From NCBI GenBank assembly GCA_905178155.1, contig CAJINV010000010.1, forward strand, positions 2,686,587-2,750,586: DNA of 64,000 nt, written 5' to 3'. A program made the position numbers and the translations under genes. The notes beneath the pieces were generated by a model that did not search any database, was not told where the DNA came from, and was given only the letters and a program-made list of their open reading frames with translations. This document shows, one piece after another, positions 1 to 12,538 of this stretch (the first letter of the stretch is position 1; each line of letters begins with the position of its first letter). The stretch comes from Amoebophrya sp. A120. Lineage: Eukaryota; Protista; Dinoflagellata.

Positions 1-973
1 GTTATGTGATTCCGAATTGCAATTCGAACACCACTTGGAATCTCCTGCGTAATTGGCCGCATGACTGTCGTCATTGCCACCAGCAGTGTGATTCTGGGTC
101 AAATTCGGATTTTGCGCGATCAGATTCGCAGCGGCTTGCTGGATCAGACTCGGCATCTCTTTCTTCAACATATTGGAGAACATCTGCTTCTCACGGTTCT
201 TCTGAACGTGATCCGGGCGCGGGCCATGCTGGTTGCGAGAATTCTTGTTGCGGACCAGATTAGCTTTGTGCTTCGTGGTCTCTCCGTTGCTAGACAGAGC
301 GCGTTCTTCCTCGACCATGTGATTCTTTGTTTCTTCGAAACTGAATCCATTAGCCAAAGCACGCTTGTTGCACTCATCGAATTCCTCGCGCATGTTCCCG
401 AAGATACAGTGATAGCGTAACTCTTCAGCCGTAACTTTAGCGCCCAGTTTGAAATTCCAGAAGTTCTTCAGTTTGTCAATATGTTCTTCCACGGTTTCAT
501 CTTCACCCTGCTTGCTGTTGAAATATTCCTTGATCAACATGCGGCGGGCACCGGCGGTCTGCGGGTTAGCCTTTTCCTTGATCTGAAGAATCAACCAGAC
601 TACACACGCGTCAGCCCCGGGCTCTTCCTGAATGTCCTGAGCTTTGGCTCGGGCCTTTCCGGTTAAGGATTTGAATACTGTACCATACAACTTCGCGTAA
701 GCAGCGCGTACTTCGGTTGTGTAGGTGGGCCAGAAGTCCTGTTCGTGTTTGCCGTCAGCAACCCACTGGTCGCAGGCTAACTGATCGACCTCATCCCACT
801 TGTCCATGCAGACTTTTCCTTCTAAGTCCTCTTTGAACTGGGACCGATGTTCAACGAGAACGCCTGAGCGATCACGCTACCCTTGAACGTCTGGAAGTCC
901 TTTCCAGTTTCTCCCTCGTGTTCCGCGTCGTACAGCATTCCGACGGTGCCGGAAGTGCTCGGACGATGGTCAT
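1..973 (-). CDS. gag: Ty1/Copia gag (UBN2/Retrotran_gag_2-like plus CCHC zinc knuckle), runs off the window; probable frameshift near 840
   Basis: Manual minus-strand translation gives ...MLIKEYFNSKQGEDETVEEHIDKLKNFW...KWCSNCNSESHN (CX2CX4H at the edge). The putative N-terminus MTIVRALP...DFQTFKGSV is in another frame upstream of ~840. Confidence 0.75.
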
Positions 974-1568
974 CACCCGGCGCCCCCATCTTTTCACGAT
1001 GAGCACGCGCGTCGCGGTTGTGTCGTCTGTTGTACTCGGTACACGCGTAGGCGGCTACCTGTACAAGAAATTTGCAATCGAATTCAGATGGTATTCAGCA
1101 TTTCAAATGCGATCATCTTGTTGAATTCGCGATGCAATTACAGACAAAATCAGAATTACATTTAGACTTCTATTTTCAAAACCGATGTAATTCAGTACCT
1201 TTTTCGTGACCTGCTGTCGGGTCCTTGCTCTTGTACCGGCCTGCTGCTTGGTACGTTAAATCCGCCGCCCAAAACTGTAATAGTTTTTGTTGGGGAGGAT
1301 TAACATGCGATTTTTGTGTTCTTGCCGTGCGTGTTCGCATTCAAAATTTCCAATGATTTTAGAAAACAGACCGAAAATAAGTACAATTCTAGTACCTGTC
1401 TTGTTCCTCGCTCGATGCTTCGGCAAAGGTTACGGGCTTCGTAGCGCGCACCTTTGGTCGCTTTGTCTCTCTTGCACCTGTGTAGGTGCATGATTACAAA
1501 TTCTCTCTTACTTTCAAACAGCCTCTGACCGAGTATCAGCAATTGATATCACGGCAGCAAATCACCAC

Positions 1569-2318
1569 TGTTGATTGATTTGAACTCGGTGGCTGGGGGT
1601 TATTTTGCCTAAATTTTTAGTTCAAATTCAAACAAAAATTCTATTCAAAAACACTACCAAAAATTCAAAATTTTCTTTATTTTTCTTCGTGCTTTTAGTA
1701 CCTTCCTGCGGGTCTTGGTGTGGTTGGTGGTTTGGTTCTGGTCCTGGCTTGGTAGGTGTTGTCGTGTTGCGGGGGGACCAGGCTTGGTATTTGTTGTCGT
1801 GTTGGCACTGGTCGTGTCTTGGTGTCAGCGCTCAAGGCTGTGCCGTTAGAATGTCAACCGAATTTTCACGGTGTGAAGACAATCAACGACGAAGAAACGC
1901 GGGCGGTGTGAACACTGGCCATCTTGCATGTCAAGCAGAATCTAGGTGGGATTCAGTGTTTCTTAGTCGCAATCAATCTATGGTGACTATCGTCACAGCC
2001 TGTGGGGAAAAATTTAGCGTTCCAAACAACACACAAACTTTGACGTCTCAGTCAAGGGGGTAAAACATGAAAGTTCAAATTTATTCTAATCACCCTAAAT
2101 TTATGAGAAATCCGATCAACCATCGTTGATCATCACTAGCTTACAGTGTGGGAATTGAATGAACTTCATTTTTGGTTCATTTGTATGAACATGCTGATTT
2201 CACTTTGGATCCAAATTTGAACGACAAATTTAGAGCCTGAATTCAATGAGCATTCAATTTAGGTCGTAGGGAATTTGCTTGGCTTATGATCCTGGTGGAT
2301 TTCATATCTTGCCTAACA
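1569..2318 (-). mobile_element. Candidate 5' LTR of the Copia element
   Basis: Minus strand reads TGTTAGG...TCAACA, followed by a PBS-like TGGTGA...CGTGAT (1546-1567, tRNA-Trp-like) upstream of gag. The second LTR is outside the window. Confidence 0.5.
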
Positions 2319-3191
2319 CTTAATTATGCGCTAAAATAAGTTCCGGAAGATAAAAAATCGAAGCAGTTCCTTTTTTGGCAAGCACGCCGCGTCAGTTGTT
2401 CTGTGATCTTCGTGACGGACAAAGGCAGATATGAAGGAAAATTGCCGCTTCAGGAGTTGTGATGTTTCTTCGCCTCTTGCCTTGGCGCGCGCCGCAATGC
2501 AAAAAGAAAGCGATTGTCTCACTTTCTTTTTGCGATTGAGATTCAGAAGATCTCTGCAGTTGTCTTCCGGACAAGGCGCCCGCATTCGTGATTGTTGCGT
2601 TCCTGTTATCCCTCCACCGCTTTTTTTGGGTGGCGAGGACGCAGCCTGCACACTTTTTTCTTTTTGTTTTTCCTTTTTCATACTCGGTTCCGTTTTGTGC
2701 TTCGCCCGCGTCGAAGTAAGTTACTTTCTGGTGGATCTGGATCATGATCAAAAATGATCGGCAAGCTTCCCGTCTTCCCCTGTTTTTGAAGCTCTGTTTC
2801 GGTATTTTGTTTGAAGGACGAACCACAGTCCATGTTGAGGTGGTGCATCTACATCCACCTGTGACAACGTTTTGGACGCCAGCCGTGATGGCAGTCCGAT
2901 GGGCAATTTTTCCATGATCAGAAACATCAAGAAAACCAGTTGTAGCAGTGGCCTTGGCCGAGGCCGACGAGTCTTGTCGGCGGGCGCTAGGTCGTACAAG
3001 AGGCCTTGCACTTCTGTCCGAACCTTTCGCTTCGTCACGGGAGGACAAAACAAGATGTCGCGATTTGATGCAAGACCCCTTTTCGTCTGTCGTAGGTTTC
3101 AGTAATATTTATGTGGCAAAGATAGACCGTGACCGAGGCTCAGAAAAGCCCACCCTTCCAGACCATCCACCAGCCCTAATCAACAGACACG

Positions 3192-4834
3192 ATGCCCCCG
3201 AAGTCTGCCGCGAGCCCCCGCCCGCCGACCGGCTGGGAAAAGAAGGACCTGGATGGCGTTTTCGGAATCTTCAGACCAAAACCAAAAGGAAAAGGAAAGA
3301 CATGGAACAAGAATGAGAGGCGTGTCTTCTTGAATGCCGGAAAAGAGGAGCTTTACATTTACTATGCCTATCCTATACAAAGGGTGGCGGAAACCATTTC
3401 ACTCAGTGATTTTCAATCTTTCTCTACTTCGGAAAGGCCGGATTGGTGTTACATCTGGCTGTACTTCACTCGCGAGGATAAAAACGTCAGGCTCTTCACC
3501 AAGGACCCTTCAGCCGTTGAAGCTTGGACACACGTCTTGCCGTACTTTTTCCAAACCTCACACATGCAGGCCTTGCTACAGGTCCAGGGAACGCTCGTCA
3601 GGGAGAATCTCTACGAAGACAACATACTGCCCTGTCAGTATCCTCTGACGATCTCCGAATTCGAACGAGAATTGCAGCGGATAGCTTCTTTTCCGGAACA
3701 CCAAGAACAGGATAAGAGCAGAAGTACCTTCCCTTCGGCCTTCTACCTGCAGCTGGTAGCTGCGCGAAGGCAAGCTGATATACTTGTCAGTCAGGGGCTT
3801 AAGTAAACGCAGGCTATTCGACGAGGAGGATTGTACAAGGACTTCCTAGGCGTGCTGGAGCAACGACAAGAACAAGAACAACGAGCTTCCGCCGAGGAAC
3901 TAGTAACGTGGGCGGAGACTGCTAGGGGAGGAGGCTTCGCCGCAGCGCTAGAATATGAGCGTTCGAAAACAGTAATAGTTCGGGATAACCAAGGACGTCC
4001 GAGTAGGAAGGAGCGCTATCTCGAGGTAGCTCAGGGAGACGAAAGGCGAAAAGCGATGCCAGCGGATCAATTTGGAAATGCGCAACGGATCAATCAGTTG
4101 GAAAGCGATCTCCAGGAACTCAAGCGACAGCGCGATGCGCTGGAGCAGGAGTCGCACGAGGCACGAGAAGAGGTGGACTTTGAAAACCGTTTAGAATTTG
4201 CGGGGTCGGTGAAGGGGCCAGCCGTCGAAGTTTTACGCATAAGCGGCGAACAGGAAGCAAATAAGGAGGAAATTGAAAAGCACGAAACGGAAATAAAGGT
4301 ACGTCTACTTGATCTTGAAAAGATGAGGAAAAAAACAACACCTGCAGAAAGATCTCTGCAGGAGTTGCCACGATATTTTTCGCGAAAAGACCCCAGTGCG
4401 AAGGATCTCGAAGAGGCGTTTGATGACAAGTGGGAAACGATGCGCAGACAGGGACAGATTACGAGCGTGGGAACGCTCCTAAACGCTGGCGACCAAACTT
4501 TTTCCGAAGAAGGAAAAGGAGAGAGTTCTGCCTCGACTATACCTGGCACAAACGCGCCGAGCGACTCCTCCCCTTCGTCGCGATCCAGCTTCGGGGCATT
4601 CAGTACCCTGCAGGAGCTCGACATTTCTAAAACCGGCGGAACAGAAAAAGACGAGCAACAGCCAATCCAGCCCACAGCCTCCTCGACGTTGAGCAGCGAC
4701 CCAAAAAACAGCAAAATGTTGCACGAGGAACCCCCGAAACCGGCCAAAATAGGAAGAGACGAACTGGGGCGGGAAAAAAGTTTATCGCGAACCTCTCCTG
4801 CTGACGCGGCGGACGCGGATCACAAGGTTTCAGC
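3192..4834 (+). CDS. Exons of a hypothetical protein with a PH-like domain and coiled coil
   Basis: ORFs 3192-3806 and 3831- are in the same frame. PH-like pattern RRVFL...LYIYY...ETISL...VRLFTKDPSAVEAW. Confidence 0.45.
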
Positions 4835-4887
4835 TATGTCTGTGTGGATTGTAATGCACATAATTGTAATTCATGATCATGAATCAT

Positions 4888-5042
4888 TACCCTGTGCAAA
4901 AGTATCGTACTCGTATAAATGCATGACAAATTTCCTCAGCATGAGACATAAAATTTGTCACTCGGATTCACCTTAAGGAAAAAAATTGCAATGCATGATT
5001 GCAATTACTACGAGTCCGATTCCGACACTTTTGCAGTTCATA
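4888..5042. mobile_element. Introner family B (apparently inside a host intron)
   Basis: TIR taccctgtgcaaaagtatcg / cacttttgcagttcata; TSD atcat. Confidence 0.85.
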
Positions 5043-5097
5043 ATCATGATTGTCTTGCACATGCACGTCGATCCTTCTTTTACCATACTCCGATGAA

Positions 5098-8000
5098 ATG
5101 GAATATTATCATAAAGTAAGACAACGAACACAACTACAGGTACAGGAGCACCAGCACTCCCCGCTTGCGGATGCGGTGGGCGGCGAGATGTTGAATCGGG
5201 CACCAGGGGCAGGGCAGTCTTCTTCTCCTGCCTCGTCCGCCATCGAGACCAAAGTGGTTTCCTCGACAACAGCAGCAAAAACCACGGACCTTCCGGATCA
5301 CAAGGAGGGTCATGACGAGAATCAAGACTCGAAGCCGGAGGATTTGACGAGGAGGAGGTTGATGAGTGGCAATTCCAAGACCGCCCCGCATGCTGAATAC
5401 GAAAGCCACAAGTTGGAGCCTACCACCAGTGGAGGAACAGCAACAGCTACAAAGGGACAAATAGCAACAACAGCAACCAAGAGCAAGAGCAGCGATAAAA
5501 TGTTGCGAGCAGGAGTTGCTTCTAGTACGGACACCAGTATTAAGAAGGTTGACGAGCAGCTGCACGACAACCCGACCCAACAGTCTTTTTCACCAGCTGC
5601 AGCTGGTCCGAAAAGTTCCTCTACCAGTCCGCCGAACGCGGAGAAGAACCAAGAAACCGCCGGCCTTGGTAAAACTACATCTTATTCGACACGAGCCGCG
5701 GCTGCGGGCCATGAAGACGCTGGTACTACGACGGACACGGCTGAGTCAGTACGGGGAGGAGATAAAAATGCTCGTGTAGCTCAAGCTCCAGGTCATCTCG
5801 AATCCTCGCGCGACACCACGATCACCAGGGCAGACTTGAGCGATCCGTCTATGAGCATATCAAGTGCAAATATGTCTGGGTCTGGAGAAATTTAAAGTTG
5901 TCATGCTTGTTGTCTGGCATGACTCAGAAATCTGTGACGCATGAGCAGGAAGAGGGCCTCTTGCCTGTCATGGAAAAACGCAGTGGTCTGTCATTTGGAA
6001 AGCGAAATGTAAAGGAGCCCAGAAAATTGTCATGCGTGGCTGCGCATTGCAGTGCGCCCACCAAACGCGACCCAGCAGCACAAGGTTCCAGACCCAGACA
6101 CATTTGCAATGCATAGAGCAGTTGGTACCACGAGTTTGAAGCCGATTCGGGAGGAGACGGCTACAACACGAAACACGACTTGCTATCCTGAGTAAATACG
6201 TCCCCACGCCATAGTTGTCATGCAAATCCGCATGCTGAAAATATTTCTCATGCGGAGCCCCATGAGAAGCATCTTCTAGTCGTGTTGCGGAATTTGTCAT
6301 GCTCTAATCAGCATTACAGGCTGGATCTGTGATGCTGCTGAACAAGCTCCACAGGATTACACTACGAGGCCAGACTTGTCATGCGAAACAGCCAAAGGTG
6401 GCTGATTTGTGTAGCAGATTTCCCATCTTGACTATGGAGTGGGGACATTTTTGCTCAGGATACGTGCGCACCTACTCGAAGATGTCCAACATCCACGACA
6501 AGGAGGACGCACACGGGTTTCCGACTTCCACGTCGGCTCGCACGTACATCAATGAGATTCTGTGGCTGCCCCTTGTCTTATGAGAGTGCACAACTCCCCC
6601 TCGCCCTCGTTTGTATGGCATGAACAGCAATACAAACACCAGCACACATGGACCCTGTGCATGACAAATTCACGTGCCTAAAAATGAAGTACTACTTGGG
6701 CCTCCAGAATATGTCATGCATAGTAGTGATACAACTACAAGGGGACAACTGGATTTGGGATTTTCCATGAGAAATGAGAACGAGGGGGAGTTGTGCAGCC
6801 TCATATGTTTCGCTTTGGTCCTCTTTTTTATCCTCGTTAAGCGACGGGACAGGGACCACGAGTGCCAGCACCATGTCTACCACCTCTATCAAATGTAAAA
6901 GTGTCTGGGTCTGGAAGAATAGAGCTTGTCATGCTGTCTTTGGATTCCAAAAAAATCTGTATTGCGTGACCAGCAACAGGAGTCCAGTTTGTGTTACGCG
7001 GGGAGGGAATTTCTCATCTAGCATCACAGAAGAATCTGTGATGCTAGATCATGCATTACATGCATCATGGATCGTACAAAATATGCATCACAAATCCCGA
7101 AATTTTCCAGACCCAGCCATTTTTGCAATCCATAACCTCCCCCGGCGCACACTCGGGCAGCTCTTCGGGAGTTCCGAAGGAGTCGCAGCACTGCGGCTTG
7201 GAAATGACGGTAATGGCAGCTGCGTTCGCGACTTTATCAAATGCAAATATGTCTGGGTGGGCTGGAAAAATGCCAGGTTTGTCATGCACATTTTCTATGT
7301 GCTCGCGTGGTGTCCTTGATGCATGCCCTGGCTGCATCACAGATGCTGCGAGGGCATTCTGATGGATGCTTATACCGCATCAGAAATGCCCTCTCCGCGT
7401 AGCAAAAATTGGACCGCTTTTGCTCTTCACGCAATACAAGATTTTATGTACAGTCTAAAGCTAGCATCACTTCCGGACCGAGACATATTTGCATTTGATA
7501 AACTTTCTCTTTCGCGTTTCTCTACTGGACCAGTAGAGAAACGCGAAAGAGAAAGGAGGACCGCGAACGAGACATCCTGTCGCGACACGGGTTGCTGGGC
7601 GGACACGCGCGGGAAAAGCCCTTCTGGGCATCCGGTCGGTTTGTTTGTGGAGCAGGTGTGTTTGTCCTGTGGTTTCTGTGGTTCGTGTGCACAACGATTG
7701 GCGAGGAATGGCACAAGCCGAGAAGTATCTGGCGCAAAAACGTCAACGCCTCCCCTGCACACTTTTCATTCAAGTTTCTTTGGATTTGCATTTGCAGAAT
7801 TAAAAAATTGGGGCGTCAGTAGTTTGTCATTCGTCTTACGGTGCGAGGCAGTATCGAATGATGGCGCAGCTGAACTTGTCATGCCTGCTTTATCACAGAC
7901 TTGATCTGCTGATAATGGGGCGACGACGTCTTTGCGCAGGATAGGAGCCTGCGAGGCGCTGCTGCACTGGGGACTGATCGTGCTCGTTATTGTATCAAAG

Positions 8001-11000
8001 AAAAAAACTGTAACTGTACGGTGTAGGTCGGTAAATGCAGAAATACATGGAAGGCGACGTTTACATAATTTTCCATCTCAGTAGAAAAGCAGAATACACG
8101 ACTACTCCTTTCTTTCACGATAGACTTTCTCATGCACCACAACTACGTGTCCAAATGCCCGGGCATGAAGACAAAAAGCAAACTTGTCATGCTGTCGCTT
8201 CAAGTTCAAGTTAGTAGAAGGCAGCTACACCGGCACCGGTTTTTTCTTGGATACTATCCAAGAAAAAAACATTGTAGGTGTAACTTTTTTGGAAGAACAG
8301 CATTACAAATCTGTCTGGCATGACAGCAAAAACCTGTCATGCGCAGATAGTACGCGAAAACGCCCTTTAATGAACCCTACGACGCATGCCAAGCATGACA
8401 GACGCAATCATGTTGCATGTTAAGCATCACAAATTTACACTAACAACGTTTTTTTCTTGGATAGATACTTTTTCGACTTGCTGCTGGTCGGTACGGTAGT
8501 GGTGGGCAGTATGGAAGCGTCAGAATCGAAATCGACAAAGTCGAAAAATTTGTGATGCAGAAAATCGATGCCAGTTAGACCAATAGTGTGTTGTCGGCGC
8601 ATGAGAAATTTTCCCCGTCCTGGAAGCGAATCTGTCACGCGGTTTAGGGCGAAGGAGCCCCCTTCTGCCATGGTAGTCAGCAGCCGAACTTTTGACGCTA
8701 ACCAGGACTCGAATCCGCCTTCCTTGCATCCTCTGCAGTAGAGTCTCTTTTTGCGTCGCATTTTTATATGCATATAGAGATTAATATTTCATCGACTTTG
8801 TCGATTTCGAGTCTGACACTCCCATAGGCAGGGGCTGTGGTGCCCGTCGGGATGAAGATTCGCGGAGAAAGAGAACAACGTCCCCGTCCGGAAAGAAGGG
8901 AAGAGAGGAAGGAAAACGGGAGCCCGGCACAACCTCGTCCTCCACGCGGAAGAAACGTGACCAGTTGGCATCTACACCCAGCACCGCAGCGGGAGCAGGC
9001 GGCCTGATGGTCCCGGTTCCAAATTATGCATTGCAAACGCATCGCATATAGTACTTTTTGTTTTTTCCGTATTTCTTGATGGCTAAAGAGTCGCTTCGCT
9101 AATTTTTTTGAAATTAAAGAGGCGAGTTTGTCATGCTGATCCGAAGGCACAAATGCAAAAACGAGTGTTGTATACATTGCTAATAGAACAACCAATGCGA
9201 AGATGCATTTTCAGAGAATACTACTTACGGTGCGGTTGATGAGCTTGACGAGGAATTGTACGAGACCACCGGCTATCAACTGCAAATGTGTCTGGGTCTG
9301 GAAGATTGCCAGGTTTGTCATGCTAGTCTGGCATGACTCGAAACTCTATATTGCGCGGCCGCGAAGCGGTTCTGCATCTGCTGCCTGTCAGGCAAAAACG
9401 CAGTTTCTCATGCGGAGTACGCAACGGAGAACCACGGAAAAACTTGTCCTGCTTGCCAGCGCATTTTTAGAGTGTGCTCACTATACCTTCTCTTGCATCT
9501 TCACAAGTTTCCAGACCCAGACATATTTGCCTTCCATACCGGCACCAGCGACGACGGAGGATTGCAAGAGGAACTTGCGCGTCAGGTCTTTGCCGATGTT
9601 CCGAGCAGCAGTCTTAGTACAACCGGTTCTATCTGTATGCAAGAAAACAACGGTGTGCGTGTAACTCTGTGATGCAGAAAATGCAAAACTTTTACACTTG
9701 TCATGCTGGATCTGCGTCATAGGCTAGTACTTCCATACGTGTTTGCACATACTAGCTGCGCGTGACAGGTTTTCCCTGCACAATGCAAAACGAATTTGTG
9801 ATGCTCGTCTTCCTGCAAAGTTACACTTACACAGTTTTTTTCCTGGATATTCTGGCGTGACGCGTGGCGTGATGTGAAAGCAGTACTCAACGGCACCTTC
9901 GAGGAAAAGCTGCAAGAGATATCCTGATGTGTGAACGCTCTAACTACCCCATTCCTGCTGTTGCCTCTGCTGGGAATTATTGTGTCTGGTGTGGGAGCAC
10001 TTTATTGCGCTGCTCCAAACAACTACAGGACCACGCAGTGGTTTTGTCATGCAGCCGATTTTTCGGTACCTTACGGAACAACCTGAGCACAAGAAGGAGC
10101 GTTTTGATGTGCCAAAACAAAAACTTGTAAATGCGGAACTTTCCCGCTTGCCATGGGGTATCAAGATAGAGCGTTTCTACACGCGATAACTTCAGCTCGA
10201 GGACTGCGAGGAGAAGGCCCTGTATCCGGAAGGCAGCTTGGCGCCGAAGAGTCGCGCAGCCGATGCGGGCAAGGAAAAGCAAAAGGTGGTTAATATTGAA
10301 GAGCTTCAGAATTATAGAGGGAATTCAGTGCGAGCGTGCCTCTGCTTGGCCATGTTCTTGCATCGTCGTGCATAGAAGACAAGTAGTGACTATCACTTCT
10401 GTGATGTAGTCGAATTCGTACGTGGAAATAAAGTCTGAATCTTTTAACAGGCCTCCGCAACCATCTTCAACGAGAATCTGGTCTCTGCGCAGAAGGAAAT
10501 CGCTGTGGGACAGAAGGTGAGTTGTTGCGAACATTGTCACTGTGTCATGCATTCTGCAGAAAAGCAAAAGAGAACCAAGATGGCAATGAGTGCTATAGAA
10601 TGAGTGTCCAAACTTAGATATTGGGACAAGAAGTATAGACGGAAGAAAAAAAAATCACACAACAGCTGCCCGAAACCGTGTCCGTCACTGAGGCCCTATC
10701 TTCGAAGAGCTGCCGCGCTGATGACGGAAAAAAGGTGTGACTGTTTTTCACAATTCGTTTGTCTTGGTGCCTCCAGAAGGCAGTGTCATGCTTCGAAGAT
10801 TCTGCATTTCGCTCTGTTATCAAACCGACAAAGAAAATCAACAAATCAGGCGGAGGACAATTTGAAGAAGGACGAGTGTGTGATGGAAAAAGCTGCGGAA
10901 CCAACGCAGCCCGCTTTGCCCGCGTTGGTCGAAAACAAACCCAGAGCCACCTCCGAGAAGGCACCGTCTTCGAGTCCGGGAAAAAACAAGCAGAACGTAC

Positions 11001-11982
11001 TCAGCATTTGGACTTTACAAGGAGAAGGATTGTGAAGTGCGCCTTAGTGTTGTAGTTAGTTTTTCGATGTGTATAATGTAACGCACAAGTAAGTACTTAC
11101 ATTCATATTCAAGATGAAGATCAAGAGTGAGGCGTCAAAGAGACAAACGGAAGACCCAATAACACTCTGTAGGTGCAGCTTCAGACCTCCAAGCTGGCGA
11201 GGACTTGCAAAGCCGGGAGCAGTGCGATGTCTGCAAAAAGCCGCGTGCAGCAGGGATTGGAACAAACGATCGATGCGTTGGAGGTAAAGTGACGAAATTG
11301 ATTGTGAAGTTTATGGAAACAAGAACAAATGCAGCATCAGAAGTAGTTTACGTTTTCAATCAAAGTTTTTTCTTGTTTGATTGCTGTTTACACACAGCAT
11401 GCGCATGCACTTTTATTGGAAAACACATCCTTTTTTACACAAAAATGGTCACGACCTTGAGGTACTGCGAGATGAGCCGGAGATGAAAATGGACTTGGAG
11501 CTAGCAAATGCAAAAGTGGCTGGGTCTGTCACAGTGGAACTTGCGACGCGTGTCTTGCATTCCTGGAAAATCTGTGTTGCATGAGCAGCAAAAGAGGAGC
11601 TTCCTTTGTTGTGCAAAAACGCAATTTGTGATGCGCGCTACTGCTAGGCATCAGCAGGCGACTCAAAAACTTGTCATGCTTGGCTGCCATTGATGCAAGC
11701 GATTCAATCATGCTCAATTCAGCATTACAGGGTTGCAGACCCAGACATATTTGCAGTGCATAGGAGGTGGCCCACGACAATTCGACCACAACTGGGTCGA
11801 CCAAAATCCTCCAGGAGAACCAAAAAAAATCCGGCGGCACGAAAAAATCCGAGGCGAGAGGCACTGTCGGCAAGCGGAAGTTGCGCGGACAGGCGTCCAC
11901 GGAGCGCGGGGAGTCGGGTGGGTCGATGGATTCGGTGGAGGAAAAGTCAAACGAGGATGGCGTGTCTGGGATGCTGGAGTAG
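5098..11982 (+). CDS. Multi-exon hypothetical membrane/low-complexity protein (may continue the previous gene)
   Basis: Exons join in frame after removing TIR elements + 5 nt, e.g. MSSWYHEF...HDLRTYSK...LPLVSLW...STTSPGAH...ATFSFAFLYW and VIVDLLLVG. The 10310-11460 part is unresolved. Confidence 0.55.
5858..6115. mobile_element. Introner family A
   Basis: TIR tatcaagtgcaaatatgtctgggtctgga / ccagacccagacacatttgcaatgcata; TSD gagca. Confidence 0.92.
6184..6462. mobile_element. Introner family G
   Basis: TIR tatcctgagtaaa / ttgctcaggata; TSD cttgc/cgtgc. Confidence 0.88.
6579..6805. mobile_element. Introner family E
   Basis: TIR tatgagagtgcacaactcccc / ggggagttgtgcagcctcata; TSD tgtct/tgttt. 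Confidence 0.9.
6887..7134. mobile_element. Introner family A
   Basis: Family A TIRs; TSD acctc. Confidence 0.92.
7235..7500. mobile_element. Introner family A
   Basis: Family A TIRs; TSD gactt/aactt. Confidence 0.88.
7503..7555. repeat. Perfect palindrome, 26-bp arms, 1-nt loop, inside an exon
   Basis: ctttctctttcgcgtttctctactgg-a-ccagtagagaaacgcgaaagagaaag. Confidence 0.95.
7993..8467. mobile_element. Old introner (family I/C-like) with a family C element inserted in its right TIR
   Basis: tatcaaagaaaaaaactg...ggtgta / tacacc...tttttcttggata. TSD eroded, but removal + 5 nt is in frame. Confidence 0.65.
8255..8463. mobile_element. Introner family C
   Basis: TIR tatccaagaaaaaaacattgtaggtgtaa / ttacactaacaacgtttttttcttggata; TSD gatac. 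Confidence 0.92.
8510..8826. mobile_element. Introner family L (~40-bp TIR)
   Basis: tatggaagcgtcagaatcgaaatcgacaaagtcga / tcgactttgtcgatttcgagtctgacactcccata; TSD ggcag. Confidence 0.88.
9025..9220. mobile_element. Degenerate B-like introner
   Basis: tatgcattgcaaacgcatcg...gatgcattttcagagaata. TSD eroded; removal + 5 nt is in frame. Confidence 0.6.
9274..9538. mobile_element. Introner family A
   Basis: Family A TIRs; TSD ccggc. Confidence 0.92.
9636..9849. mobile_element. Introner family C (opposite orientation to the 8255 copy)
   Basis: tatgcaagaaaa...gtgtaac / gttacac...tttcctggata; TSD atctg/ttctg. Confidence 0.85.
9920..10188. mobile_element. Degenerate introner
   Basis: tatcctgatgtgtgaacgctcta / tagagcgtttctacacgcgata; removal + 5 nt is in frame. 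Confidence 0.6.
11502..11762. mobile_element. Introner family A (diverged)
   Basis: tagcaaatgcaaaagtggctgggtctg / cagacccagacatatttgcagtgcata; TSD ggagc/ggagg. Confidence 0.85.
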
Positions 11983-12538
11983 TCCATGCGACCTGCGAAT
12001 CTTCAGGATTGAGAAAACTCAAAAATCAGATATGAAAAATAACACTCAACGTCAAGGCACGTTGAATTTAAGAGGAGACGTGTTTGTATAGCACTGAAAT
12101 CAATAGAAATAGAAACAAGATCCCTTCAGTATTCTCATGAGGAGAGCTTAGCGAATGTAACGCAATGAGAACACATTCTACGATTCCTTCTCGTCAGCTA
12201 CAGCGGACTCTGCGCAGGCAAAATGATGAGCCCGATTTTGAGATGAAGATAACGAGTTGCGCTGCGAGTCGTACAGCGAAAATTGACGACTATATCAACG
12301 ATAAAATAAAATTGAAAAAAGAAAAACACTCGACGTATTCGCGGTCATTGAGTGCATCATACTTATTTGTATTTCCATGATCGCAGAACTCGATGTCGAT
12401 GAAAACGGAGGGCAAAAAGCCAAGAAGAAGTACTGCCTTAAAGCCAAATTGAAATTATCGGCAATATTGCGCGCACTTCTGCCCCCTTCACTGTTGTACT
12501 TTTACGCGGTAATTGTAAAAGCCGCTGCAGCCAGTAGC

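Noticed and set aside
10313-10597. Possible introner tatag...ctata with gaat flanks
   Set aside because: The TIR is only 5 bp, and neither +4 nor +5 removal gives a lasting open frame.
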